Source: Candidatus Methanofastidiosia archaeon (GTDB lineage: Archaea; Methanobacteriota_B; Thermococci; Methanofastidiosales; NM3). Taken from it: a DNA stretch of 36,750 nt. Each line of letters starts with the position of its first letter. The first letter of the stretch is position 1. A program made the position numbers and the translations under genes. This document shows, one piece after another, positions 26,812 to 35,770 of this stretch. The notes below the pieces were generated by a model. It was not told the origin of the DNA. It saw only the letters and a list, made by a program, of their open reading frames with translations, and searched no databases. Where the stretch lies: positions 1 to 36,750 of the forward strand of contig JAFGGT010000007.1 of assembly GCA_016930445.1 (NCBI GenBank), read 5' to 3'.

Positions 26812-28452
26812 TTACACCTCCTTATGTCTTATACCTAATGGGGTGAACTTTATCCCCCCACCCTTGAAGAACTTAGTAAAGAACTCAACATACTGTAAGC
26901 GTATAGAGTGCAAGAACGATGCGATTATGCCCAAGGCAAGATTCAACGTGTGTCCAAATACCAGCATCAAAACACCGAGGATAATTCCTAAGATCCCCTT
27001 AGGTATCAATACGTCGGTCACTATCTTGTTTATGGCCATTGCGATGCCCACCGATGAGAGGCCTATTGCCAGTAATCTAGTATAGGATATCACATTGGAT
27101 ATAAGTGTAAATATCTCTATCAGGGCCAGTGCCCCCTCGCCCATCACCATCAGGACAATGAAGAACGCCAGTCCGCCCAACAACGGGTATATCATATCAG
27201 GGAATACGACCATTCCCATGAGACAGTATAGGATGCCAATCCATGAGACCTTTTCAAGTATCGCGTGTTTGAGCCCCTTGTTCCTCAGGACATTGATAAA
27301 ACCTATGATGTAGCCTATGGTGATATGTACCACTCCAATGGCGGCACTGGCAACGAGCAAGGGCACTATCTCCTCCAACCTGTGCACCAATGGCATGTGT
27401 ATGCCGCCGATCTCGCTTATGCCGAAGAAATCGTGGTACATCTCGAAGCCGAAGAACTCTCCGTATACAATTCCGAATATCATGGTGTAAATGCTAGCAT
27501 AATTGAGGATGTTCAGAAGGGACTGCCATCCTACTGTCTTCATCCTTCTCCGAAGATAAGCGACCAAAAGCAGAAGTGACAATCCGTAACCTAGGTCGCC
27601 AAGCATGATGCCATAGAACAGCGGAAAAGTGAAAGATATCAGGAGCGTTGGCGATATCTCATGGTAGTTGGGTGTGGAGAACATGTCGACAAGGGTCTCA
27701 AAGGGTTTGAAGGGCTCCGGCGTCTCAACGTAAACAGGAACGTCCTCAAGGCCCTCTTCTTCTATCTCTATTATCTGTGCATCGCCACCAGTCACCCTTT
27801 CAAGCGTTTTTTTTGTCTTCTCAACATCGTCTGTCTGCATCCAACCTTCGAGTATGTAAGTGTGCTCTGTGGTCGCCAATCTTAGTGGGGTCTCAGACTT
27901 CTCTATCTCACGCGATAGGAACTCCTCGGCCGTGCTTATGAAATCCCTGTATTCCTTGTTGATCTTGTGAAGCTCCTCTGTAAGATCATTCCTTTCCTGC
28001 ATCAGCCTATCCTTGGACTTGACCAGGTCTATCATTATCTCCTTCACGTTCGGTGATAGGTCCATCTTTACCAGGTCATTGACATCGCTAATGTGTTCTA
28101 TGTCAGATAGCAGGACCTCTATATCATCGATCTTCTTTCTTTTTTCCATCACTTTGTTCTCTATCGACTCGAGCCTCTTCTTGAACTCGATGGAGAACTC
28201 GATGTCTTTGATCTCGCTCTTGGATTCTTTGCTTGTGATGTGCAAGATATCCTTCAAGGCGCGCAGGGAAAGCACGTATTCGCTGAATATTGATGACATC
28301 TTTGAAGGTTTTCCCCTCTCAAAACCTTCCTCCTTGTCGTTATAATCAATGATGTGGATGATTTTAAGGTCATAGAGAGCATTGATGGTGTCCTCAAGCC
28401 TCTCTTTGTTCCCTACGATCAAGACCTTACTCATCTTCTTCGGACTTAGCAT
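26812..28452 (-). CDS. atpI: A1A0 ATP synthase subunit I (a)
   Basis: PKKMSK, FYGIMLGDLGYG, SYTRL.A, HSIRLQYVEFF.KF. Confidence 0.95.
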   Translation of the reverse strand: MLSPKKMSKVLIVGNKERLEDTINALYDLKIIHIIDYNDKEEGFERGKPSKMSSIFSEYVLSLRALKDILHITSKESKSEIKDIEFSIEFKKRLESIENKVMEKRKKIDDIEVLLSDIEHISDVNDLVKMDLSPNVKEIMIDLVKSKDRLMQERNDLTEELHKINKEYRDFISTAEEFLSREIEKSETPLRLATTEHTYILEGWMQTDDVEKTKKTLERVTGGDAQIIEIEEEGLEDVPVYVETPEPFKPFETLVDMFSTPNYHEISPTLLISFTFPLFYGIMLGDLGYGLSLLLLVAYLRRRMKTVGWQSLLNILNYASIYTMIFGIVYGEFFGFEMYHDFFGISEIGGIHMPLVHRLEEIVPLLVASAAIGVVHITIGYIIGFINVLRNKGLKHAILEKVSWIGILYCLMGMVVFPDMIYPLLGGLAFFIVLMVMGEGALALIEIFTLISNVISYTRLLAIGLSSVGIAMAINKIVTDVLIPKGILGIILGVLMLVFGHTLNLALGIIASFLHSIRLQYVEFFTKFFKGGGIKFTPLGIRHKEV

Positions 28453-28771
28453 CTATATACCTCACGAAATCTTTGATGATAATGTCTGCGGTCTTATCGA
28501 GGTTCTCCAGTTCCTTTTCCTTAAGCGCAAGGATATTCTTTTCGGACTTCTTCATTATCTCGATCTCTTCTGGGGTCTTGGAGGAATATAGTTCGTCAAT
28601 AGTGCTATCGTAACGTTCCTTGGCCTCTTTTAGCACCTCTTCCCTTATGGCCACGGATTTGAGCTTTGCTTCCTCTATAATTAGTTCCTTGTCCTTGCGA
28701 GCTTTCTCCAAGTCCATCTTGGCCTTGTCTTCTGTTTCCTTTATCTTGATCAGAATATCCTTTTTATTGAT
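28427..28771 (-). CDS. atpH: A1A0 ATP synthase subunit H
   Basis: Charged coiled coil, first gene of the operon; typical DILIKIKETE N-terminus upstream of the track's ATG 28717; probable ATC start at 28771 after GGGGG. Confidence 0.85.
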   Translation of the reverse strand: MNKKDILIKIKETEDKAKMDLEKARKDKELIIEEAKLKSVAIREEVLKEAKERYDSTIDELYSSKTPEEIEIMKKSEKNILALKEKELENLDKTADIIIKDFVRYIDAKSEEDE

Positions 28772-29122
28772 AGAAAAGCCCCCTAATTACAGCCCTGAAT
28801 ATTATTACTTATAATGTTTTTGATTGAAAACCCGATGTTATTATTAATTTTTATAGTTTTCTCCAGACGAGGCTTTGCACATAAAATCCCAGCTGAAAAT
28901 AAAGTATGACAAAGTGGGCATAAAATCCTGATTCAACTTTTATTTTTTTTATGCAAGACCCACTCCATGTTCATTTTATCCTCATTTGTATTATTCCTAT
29001 TGTGCATGCTTATCGCACACGCCAGGTGGCACTGCGGGGCAGGCATTTCTCCAAATGGGGCAAATTGTATCGTGTTATGCAATATCTTAATAATTCTAAA
29101 CCAATATATTCATGGTGATACC

Positions 29123-29494
29123 ATAAAAGAAGAAGAGATGCTGGATGAGCTGAGGCAGATAAGAGAACTGCTTACCCCCAAACCGCCTGCCGAAGTACCA
29201 AAACCTGTTGGAATGAAGAACGAGTTCATAGACTTCATTACAAAGTACAAGATGCTTGGTCTGGCAGTTGCCTTCATAATAGGCATCTATCTAGGGTCCC
29301 TTGTGCAGGCCTTGGTCAACGATCTGATCATGCCACTGCTCGAATATGCCGTGCCAGATGCATCCAACTGGGAGAACATCCTTGTTGGCCCATTCAGGGT
29401 GGGGCACTTCTTTGGCACGCTGTTGACCTTTATCATAATAATGCTTGTGATATTCTTGATAATAAGGGCAGCAAGGAAATATCATATCGAGTGA
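29123..29494 (+). CDS. mscL: Large-conductance mechanosensitive channel
   Basis: EF.DF..KY..LGLAVAFIIG, LVNDLIMP, G.F...L..F.I; start at ATA 29123 (after GGTGA) or ATG 29138; the track's 52-codon N-terminal extension is unlikely. Confidence 0.9.
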   Translation: MKEEEMLDELRQIRELLTPKPPAEVPKPVGMKNEFIDFITKYKMLGLAVAFIIGIYLGSLVQALVNDLIMPLLEYAVPDASNWENILVGPFRVGHFFGTLLTFIIIMLVIFLIIRAARKYHIE

Positions 29495-29546
29495 TCCAAG
29501 ACCCAATGGGTCTTTAGGCTCTTGGAGAATGAGGGGAGATATCCCT

Positions 29547-30782
29547 CTAGGTAGTTCCCCAAAGCTCCAAGGCCTTTTTAAGCTGCGGATGGTCCTTGGC
29601 ATATTCAGTGGCATCTATGCCCTTCATCTTGGCATCCACTGCCTGACGCAATGCCCTTGCCCCTTCTATGGTGCCGTCCGGATGGCCGTGTATGCCTCCA
29701 CCAGCCTGGATGACGATGTCATTTCCAAGGATGTCGAGCAATTTGGGGACATGGCCAGGATGCAATCCCCCTGAGCATACGGCAAAGGTCGCTTTCATCG
29801 AGGATAGGGGCCTCTCCAGTTCGCTCTTGTTGAAAAGCACCTCCTCGCGCCCGCCTTCCATCTTGCCTATTACAGTCCCTATGTGCAACTGGTCTATGCC
29901 ACCCAATCTTGAGAGCAAGGCGATCACACCCATCGATATGCCATGCAATGGATTCCTGGTGATGGCCGCGTGCATGGCACGATGCCCGTGGAGGAAAAGG
30001 CCAAGGTCAGCATCCCTGAGCTCTTGCAGGGCGTAATAACCCGCGGCGATTATATCTATCATCGCGCAATTCCCTCCATGGTCCTTCACGAACTGGGAAT
30101 GCTCGATCATCTTTGGGCCTGTCACGTTTGGGGCGTATGCCTTCCTCTCCCCGGTCTCCTCCCTGGCAAGGTCCATAGAATCCAGGACCTTTATTATCCT
30201 CTCCTCGAATGGGCAGAACCTTTGGTCCGTTAGATTCTCATCATCCTTTACAAAGTCGCATCCGCCGTAATATGCCTCATACGCGACCTTGGCGGTCTCT
30301 TTTGGATCAAGCCCTATCTTCGGCTTTACTATGGTGCCGACATGAGGCCTTCTGCCCTTGTCGGTCCCTATGAGCTTTCTCACGCCTTCCATCCCAAATG
30401 CCGGTCCCTTGAAAGTGTCAACATACCTATCTGGGAGTTCAATGCTGTTCAGGCGCAGATTGCTTACCTCCTTCATACCCAGGATGTTTCCGGCGACGTC
30501 GGATAACAGTTGAGGGATGCTGTTATCAACGAACATGTCTGTCGGATAGGCTATCTTTATGTTATTCCCATCGATGTAGAAGACTTTCGCAGCAAGCCTT
30601 TCAATCCTTTTTTTCATGGTATGGATCTCGGTCCAAGTGCCTATTGAAGACTCTCCAGCTGCCACATTAGCCGCTTTGTGCACGTCGTCGGCCTCTATGT
30701 AAAAGTTACAGATAATGTTATCATCAGGGTCGATATTGGCATTCATGTCAATGAACTTATCTTGATAACGGATCTTTGTCAA
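29547..30782 (-). CDS. rbcL: Form III RuBisCO large subunit
   Basis: GESSIGTW, KPKIGL, GCDFVKDDENL, HRAMHAA, HIGT..GKMEG, SGG, GGGIHGHP; start at TTG 30782 (after GGTGA) or ATG 30794. Confidence 0.95.
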   Translation of the reverse strand: MTKIRYQDKFIDMNANIDPDDNIICNFYIEADDVHKAANVAAGESSIGTWTEIHTMKKRIERLAAKVFYIDGNNIKIAYPTDMFVDNSIPQLLSDVAGNILGMKEVSNLRLNSIELPDRYVDTFKGPAFGMEGVRKLIGTDKGRRPHVGTIVKPKIGLDPKETAKVAYEAYYGGCDFVKDDENLTDQRFCPFEERIIKVLDSMDLAREETGERKAYAPNVTGPKMIEHSQFVKDHGGNCAMIDIIAAGYYALQELRDADLGLFLHGHRAMHAAITRNPLHGISMGVIALLSRLGGIDQLHIGTVIGKMEGGREEVLFNKSELERPLSSMKATFAVCSGGLHPGHVPKLLDILGNDIVIQAGGGIHGHPDGTIEGARALRQAVDAKMKGIDATEYAKDHPQLKKALELWGTT

Positions 30783-30836
30783 AAGTATCACCATGTGATA
30801 TTATGCTCGGAATGTATATAAAATTACTTAATTTGA

Positions 30837-30926
30837 CAAAATAGAGTGACGGGCAATAATAAGGGGGAGTTGCCCGCCACAAATCCTTTTAGAATATGGG
30901 AGGAATTAATAAGGGTCTGAACCCCT
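30837..30926 (-). ncRNA. Candidate approx. 90-nt three-hairpin sRNA with C-rich loops
   Basis: Own BRE/TATA (CAAAAACAAACTA-TTTATA, TATA at 30957-30952); hairpins GGGU-UCAG-ACCC, UCCU/AGGA and 11-bp GUGGCGGGCAA/UUGCCCGUCAC; followed by UCUAUUUU. Confidence 0.5.
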
Positions 30927-31137
30927 GAGCAATGGTGTAACCGAAGTTCCCTATAAATAGTTTGTTTTTGGTCAAAACGTAATATGAGATTATTTTAAGC
31001 CTTGATAGTAATTTTACTAAATATTTAATTCTTGACCTTAATATGGACAAATATCCCAAAAATAGCATTAACCCATGTTACAATATAAAAATATATAAAT
31101 AAAACAGCATGTTATAGCTCATAAATTCGGTGAATCC

Positions 31138-32106
31138 ATGATCACTCTAGGCATTGAATCGACCGCCCATACTTTTGGGATCGGCATATGTGACAAGAGG
31201 TCCATTCTGTCGAATGTGACAGATTCGTATTCAGGGGAGGGAATACACCCCAGACTTGCGGCCGACCATCATGCAAGGGTATCCTCGAACGTGGTCAAAA
31301 AGGCGCTGGAAGATGCCGGCCTCTCCATCGATGACATCGAGCTTATCTCATTTTCCCAAGGGCCTGGCCTAGGCCCATGCCTTAGGATAGGGGCGACCAC
31401 CGCCAGGGCATTGGCACTGAGCAGGGACCTTCCTATAATGGGTGTCAATCACTGCATCGCCCATATAGAGGTAGGGCGGTTCCTTCTGGGCGTAAGAGAC
31501 CCTGTCACCCTATATGTCTCCGGGGGCAATACGCAGATACTGGCCTTTGCAGGAGGGAGATACAGGGTGTTCGGCGAGACATTGGACATTGGCATAGGCA
31601 ATATGCAGGATACATTTGCAAGGGCGATAGGCCTGGAATTCCCTTGTGGCAGGCAGATAGACCAACTTATGTCAAGGGGCACTAAATACCTTGACATACC
31701 TTACACGATAAAGGGAATGGACTTCTCCTTCACAGGGATGTTGACCGAGGCGATCAAGCATATCCATGGAAATAGCAAGGAGGATGTGACGTTCTCCTTG
31801 ATGGAGACTGCATTCTCTATTGTGGTGGAGGCCACGGAGAGGGCAATGGCCCACACACAAAAGGATGAGCTTCTTCTCGCAGGCGGCAATGCGGCATCCC
31901 CGAGGCTGAGGGAGATGTGCAGGCTGATGTGCGATGAGAGGGGCGCGAGCATGCATGTGCCCCCATTTGATGTGTGCAGGGACAATGGGGCCATGATAGC
32001 CGTGCTAGGAATGACAGAATATGATTCTGGAAAGAGGATGGAGATGGGAGAGACAAAGGTCAGGCAGAAGTGGAGGACCGACGAGGAGGATGTGAAATGG
32101 AGATAA
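31138..32106 (+). CDS. kae1: tRNA t6A threonylcarbamoyltransferase Kae1 (KEOPS)
   Basis: LGIESTAHT, GPGLGPCLR, NHCIAH, YVSGGNT, GETLD, DNGAMIA. Confidence 0.96.
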   Translation: MITLGIESTAHTFGIGICDKRSILSNVTDSYSGEGIHPRLAADHHARVSSNVVKKALEDAGLSIDDIELISFSQGPGLGPCLRIGATTARALALSRDLPIMGVNHCIAHIEVGRFLLGVRDPVTLYVSGGNTQILAFAGGRYRVFGETLDIGIGNMQDTFARAIGLEFPCGRQIDQLMSRGTKYLDIPYTIKGMDFSFTGMLTEAIKHIHGNSKEDVTFSLMETAFSIVVEATERAMAHTQKDELLLAGGNAASPRLREMCRLMCDERGASMHVPPFDVCRDNGAMIAVLGMTEYDSGKRMEMGETKVRQKWRTDEEDVKWR

Positions 32107-32717
32107 TAAAGGCAGAGAGATTGAAGGACCCCTCTTTCTCATCATCGCTTGCGAAGCTTATCATCGGCGGGAGCATAATCTGCTACCCTACCGACACTTG
32201 CTATGCCATAGGCACGAACGCCTTGAACGAGCAATCGGTCTATAGCATATATATGATCAAGGAGAGGGAGTTCTCAAAACCTCTGCCCGTCATAATCAGG
32301 GACATAGAGGCGGCCAAGAAGTTCAGCGTTTTGGACATCAAGGCAAGAAGGTTGTTTGAGAGATTCCCCGGAATATCCCTTGTGCTCCCCAAAAGGAACA
32401 TACCAAACATAGTCAACCCGACCCGGATAATGGTCCGCATCCCGGAAGATGAGATCGTGCGGGCCATGATGTCGAACATCGCGATCCCCATCATCTCAAC
32501 TAGCGCAAATCGTGCCGGCGACCCGAATCCTTATTCCCCATCTGACATAATAGCCTCCCTAGGCGACAAGCTGCCGATGATACAGTTCCTCATCGATGCA
32601 GGCAGGCTCACTGGTGAGATGCCATCGACCATATTCGACTGCATCGAGGGCAAGGTCTACAGGGAGGGGAAATATACGGCCAAGGAGGTCATGGAGGTGT
32701 ACAATGAAACTGATTAA
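32097..32717 (+). CDS. tsaC: Threonylcarbamoyl-AMP synthase, single-domain TsaC/YrdC type
   Basis: PTDTCY, K.R...KP, STSAN..G, PSTI; no C-terminal SUA5 domain; GGAGG SD before ATG 32097. Confidence 0.88.
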   Translation: MEIIKAERLKDPSFSSSLAKLIIGGSIICYPTDTCYAIGTNALNEQSVYSIYMIKEREFSKPLPVIIRDIEAAKKFSVLDIKARRLFERFPGISLVLPKRNIPNIVNPTRIMVRIPEDEIVRAMMSNIAIPIISTSANRAGDPNPYSPSDIIASLGDKLPMIQFLIDAGRLTGEMPSTIFDCIEGKVYREGKYTAKEVMEVYNETD

Positions 32718-33351
32718 TCAGGGGGCTGAGGCGAAGATATACAGCTGCAGATTCGAGGAGTACTTTGGCACCGACTCAAAAGGCGACCTCATAATAAAGG
32801 AAAGGATAAGCAAGGGTTACAGGATAAGGGAGCTCGACGAGAGGATAGTGCTGCAAAGGACCCTGTCCGAGGCAAAGCTACTGCACGAGGCAAAGATGGC
32901 TGGCATCCCCACACCTGTGATCTACTTCATAGACAAGCGCAAGCATGCACTGGTCATGGAGAAGGTGGGCGGCCAGAGGGTCAAGGAGGAGCTTGTAGGG
33001 TCCCCAAAGGAGAGCATGGGGTTGATAGAGGCCGTAGGCAGGAGCGTAGGCCTGATGCACGGGAACAACATCATCCATGGCGACCTGACCACCTCCAATA
33101 TGATACACCGCGGGGATGAGGTCGTCTTCATTGACTTTGGTTTAGGGGAATTTTCGAGCGAAGTGGAGAAACAGGCCGTGGATGCGCACCTCCTCAAACA
33201 GGCTCTTAAGAGCACTCATTTCGATTTCTGGGAGGAATATTGGGAAGCGTTCAAGCAGACCTACTGCAGAACGTATCGGAAAGGAAGGGAAGTATTGGAA
33301 AGGATCGGCGACATAGAGTTGAGGGGAAGGTATATAGAGAGGGGTGAATGA
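32704..33351 (+). CDS. bud32: KEOPS kinase Bud32
   Basis: GAEA, KERI.KGYR, HGDLTTSN, IDFGL, RGRY; GGAGGTG SD before ATG 32704. Confidence 0.95.
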   Translation: MKLINQGAEAKIYSCRFEEYFGTDSKGDLIIKERISKGYRIRELDERIVLQRTLSEAKLLHEAKMAGIPTPVIYFIDKRKHALVMEKVGGQRVKEELVGSPKESMGLIEAVGRSVGLMHGNNIIHGDLTTSNMIHRGDEVVFIDFGLGEFSSEVEKQAVDAHLLKQALKSTHFDFWEEYWEAFKQTYCRTYRKGREVLERIGDIELRGRYIERGE

Positions 33352-33906
33352 ATGGTGCTGGTCTTCGTCACAGGGAATGGGCATAAGTTCCAGGAGGCCT
33401 CATGCCTTTTTTCCCAGATGGGCATCGATCTGGAACAGGCGGACCTAGGCTATCCCGAGGTCCAAGCGGACAGTTTGGAGGAGGTAGCGGAATTTGGCAT
33501 CGCCTGGTGTAAGGAAAAACTTAAAAAGCCTTGTTTTATAGAGGACGCAGGCATATTCATAGATGTGCTCAACGGCTTCCCCGGACCATATTCGAAATAT
33601 GTGTTCCAGAGGATAGGGAATCAGGGAATATTGAAGTTATTGGATGACAAGATGAACAGGCAAGCGACCTTCAGATCGGTAATTGCCCTTCAGGACGGCC
33701 TTAGCACTCATCTGTTCATCGGCGAGACTAAGGGTCGCATCGCCCATGAGGCGATGGGCACCGGGGGATTTGGGTACGATCCCATTTTCATCCCAGAGAA
33801 AAATGATAGGACATTCGCCCAGATGGGCATGGAAGAGAAGAATCAGCTCTCACATAGAGGGAAATCTTTATATAAACTTGTAAATCATTTCAAAGAACGT
33901 AAGTAG
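33352..33906 (+). CDS. rdgB: XTP/dITP diphosphatase (HAM1 family)
   Basis: [28 protein letters not shown]. Confidence 0.95.
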   Translation: MVLVFVTGNGHKFQEASCLFSQMGIDLEQADLGYPEVQADSLEEVAEFGIAWCKEKLKKPCFIEDAGIFIDVLNGFPGPYSKYVFQRIGNQGILKLLDDKMNRQATFRSVIALQDGLSTHLFIGETKGRIAHEAMGTGGFGYDPIFIPEKNDRTFAQMGMEEKNQLSHRGKSLYKLVNHFKERK

Positions 33907-33916
33907 GTTGATAATA

Positions 33917-34372
33917 ATGGCGAGAATGCATTCTAGAAAGAAGGGACAGTCTGGCTCAACCCATCCACTTAGGAATTCGACCCCACAGTGGGAAGAAGCG
34001 AGCGCTGAGGAGATTGAGAACCTTGTGGTGGACTACGCAAAGAAAGGTCATTCGTCATCAGAGATAGGCATAATTCTAAGGGACCAGCACGGCATAGCGG
34101 ATGTCTCATTGTCTACAGGAAAGAAGATAATGAAGATCCTTGATGAGAAGGACTTGGCACCCCAGATGCCGGAAGACATCATGAATCTTATCACAAAGGC
34201 GGTGCTTTTGAGAAAGCACCTAGAAGAGAATCCAAAGGACAAGCATTCGTTCAGAGGCCTCAAGCTTACCGAGTCCAAGATAAGGCGCCTGGGTAAGTAC
34301 TATAGGCGCTCAGGGAAGCTGCAACCCAGATGGATTTACGATCCAGAAAAGGCCAGATTACTTGTCAAGTAA
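33917..34372 (+). CDS. rps15: 30S ribosomal protein S15 (uS15, archaeal)
   Basis: [32 protein letters not shown]. Confidence 0.97.
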   Translation: MARMHSRKKGQSGSTHPLRNSTPQWEEASAEEIENLVVDYAKKGHSSSEIGIILRDQHGIADVSLSTGKKIMKILDEKDLAPQMPEDIMNLITKAVLLRKHLEENPKDKHSFRGLKLTESKIRRLGKYYRRSGKLQPRWIYDPEKARLLVK

Positions 34373-34398
34373 TCACTTTCCTTTTCTTATCATTGTGA

Positions 34399-35754
34399 TT
34401 GAAGATGGATGATTTTCTTTTAAGATGTAGAGAAGCAGCCGAAATCCTTAGTAAGAAGGAGAAGATCACCGTAATAGGCCATCGGGATGCCGATGGCATA
34501 TGCGCCGCGGTGATAGTGAAGAGATGCTATTCTGAGAAAGAGGTTGTCATAAGGATAATCAGGCATTCTACCGATTTGGCCAGATTGAAGGCGGATTGCG
34601 GGGACTCATTCCCCGTGTTCGTCGATTACGGCAGTTCCGAGATCGCTGGTATAGAAAGCGCTTTTGGTGATTTTCTCATACTTGACCACCACCCCCCTGA
34701 AAGGTCACATCCCAAGATGGTGAATCCCTGGGACTTTGGTATCGATGGCACTAGGCAGCTCTCAGGTGCGGGGGTCTCCTATTTCGTTGCAAGGGAGGAA
34801 GATCCTGCAAACATCTCCCTTTCGAGCATAGCATTGATAGGTGCCATGGGGGACAAGATGCACTTATCCGGATTCAATGGCCCTAACGCCCTATTGATGG
34901 ATGACGCTCTCAGGGCAGGCCTCATCTCTTTCAAAAGCGATGATGACGGCATATTGGTGGGCAGGCTGCCGTTCTCTTCAGAACCTCTCCCTGCATTGCT
35001 TGTAGCGGACATCATAGATTCTTGCGCTTCTGTCAACAGGCCAGAGTTGGCCGTTGGCATGCTGATGGGCGACCTTGATTCCTACAAGTCCGCACTTGGG
35101 GTGCATGAAGAATACGAACGGCTTTTCAATGATCAACTGCAGGCAATACGCTCTGGCTGGAACGAGATTATGGAAAGAAATTCCCAATATCTGGCCTACT
35201 TCATATACCTGCCAGAGATACAGCCGGGGTTCACAGGCCCCCTTGCGGAGGAGATCGTGCTCGAGGTCAGAGATAAGCCGATAGTCATCATATCGAGCAC
35301 CCACTATGGGCTCAAGGCCTCAGGCAGGGCAACGAAGGAACAGGTCGAAACACTAGGCCTCGACCTGGGCAGGGCCTTATCCTCTGCCGCACAGGAGTGT
35401 GGGGGCAGGGGAGGGGGGCACGACATAGCGGCAGGTGCCAGCTTCAGGGAAGAGGATCTAGAAAGGTTTAAGGGTCTAGTCACAATGGGCCTTTTCAGGC
35501 AGTGGAGGTCCAGATTGAAGGTCCTCCTGGATGTCGAGACCAGGTCGCAGAGCGACGCCTCGTCGCTTGCCTCATCCCTTGCTGTCGACAACGAGCGTTA
35601 CAGATCAACGACTTCGATCGCTCTATCGCTGGATAATAAACTATATATAATCGTGCTCTCAGAGGATATTGGAACTTTTAAGAACACCGTTGATGACCTC
35701 ATAGTATGCCTGACCTCTAGCAAGGATATATTAAACATTTCAAAATTGGATTGA
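34399..35754 (+). CDS. DHH/DHHA1 (RecJ/GAN-like) protein with in-frame C-terminal Pcc1/Pcc2-like domain
   Basis: H.DADG, VDYG, LDHH, GAMGD, SGR, GGGHDIAAGA; last 79 aa (from TTG 35515) resemble Pcc (DN...I.SED...KNTVDDL..CL); start at TTG 34399 or ATG 34405. Confidence 0.85.
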   Translation: MKMDDFLLRCREAAEILSKKEKITVIGHRDADGICAAVIVKRCYSEKEVVIRIIRHSTDLARLKADCGDSFPVFVDYGSSEIAGIESAFGDFLILDHHPPERSHPKMVNPWDFGIDGTRQLSGAGVSYFVAREEDPANISLSSIALIGAMGDKMHLSGFNGPNALLMDDALRAGLISFKSDDDGILVGRLPFSSEPLPALLVADIIDSCASVNRPELAVGMLMGDLDSYKSALGVHEEYERLFNDQLQAIRSGWNEIMERNSQYLAYFIYLPEIQPGFTGPLAEEIVLEVRDKPIVIISSTHYGLKASGRATKEQVETLGLDLGRALSSAAQECGGRGGGHDIAAGASFREEDLERFKGLVTMGLFRQWRSRLKVLLDVETRSQSDASSLASSLAVDNERYRSTTSIALSLDNKLYIIVLSEDIGTFKNTVDDLIVCLTSSKDILNISKLD

Positions 35755-35770
35755 TCGAGGATTGATAAGA

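Noticed and set aside
29000-29070. GC-richer patch between atpH and mscL as an ncRNA
   Set aside because: Only short 3-5 bp stems, with no clear promoter or terminator
28967-29122. Hydrophobic N-terminal extension of MscL
   Set aside because: It runs through AT-rich promoter-like sequence; the GGTGA SD and MscL similarity begin at about 29114-29138
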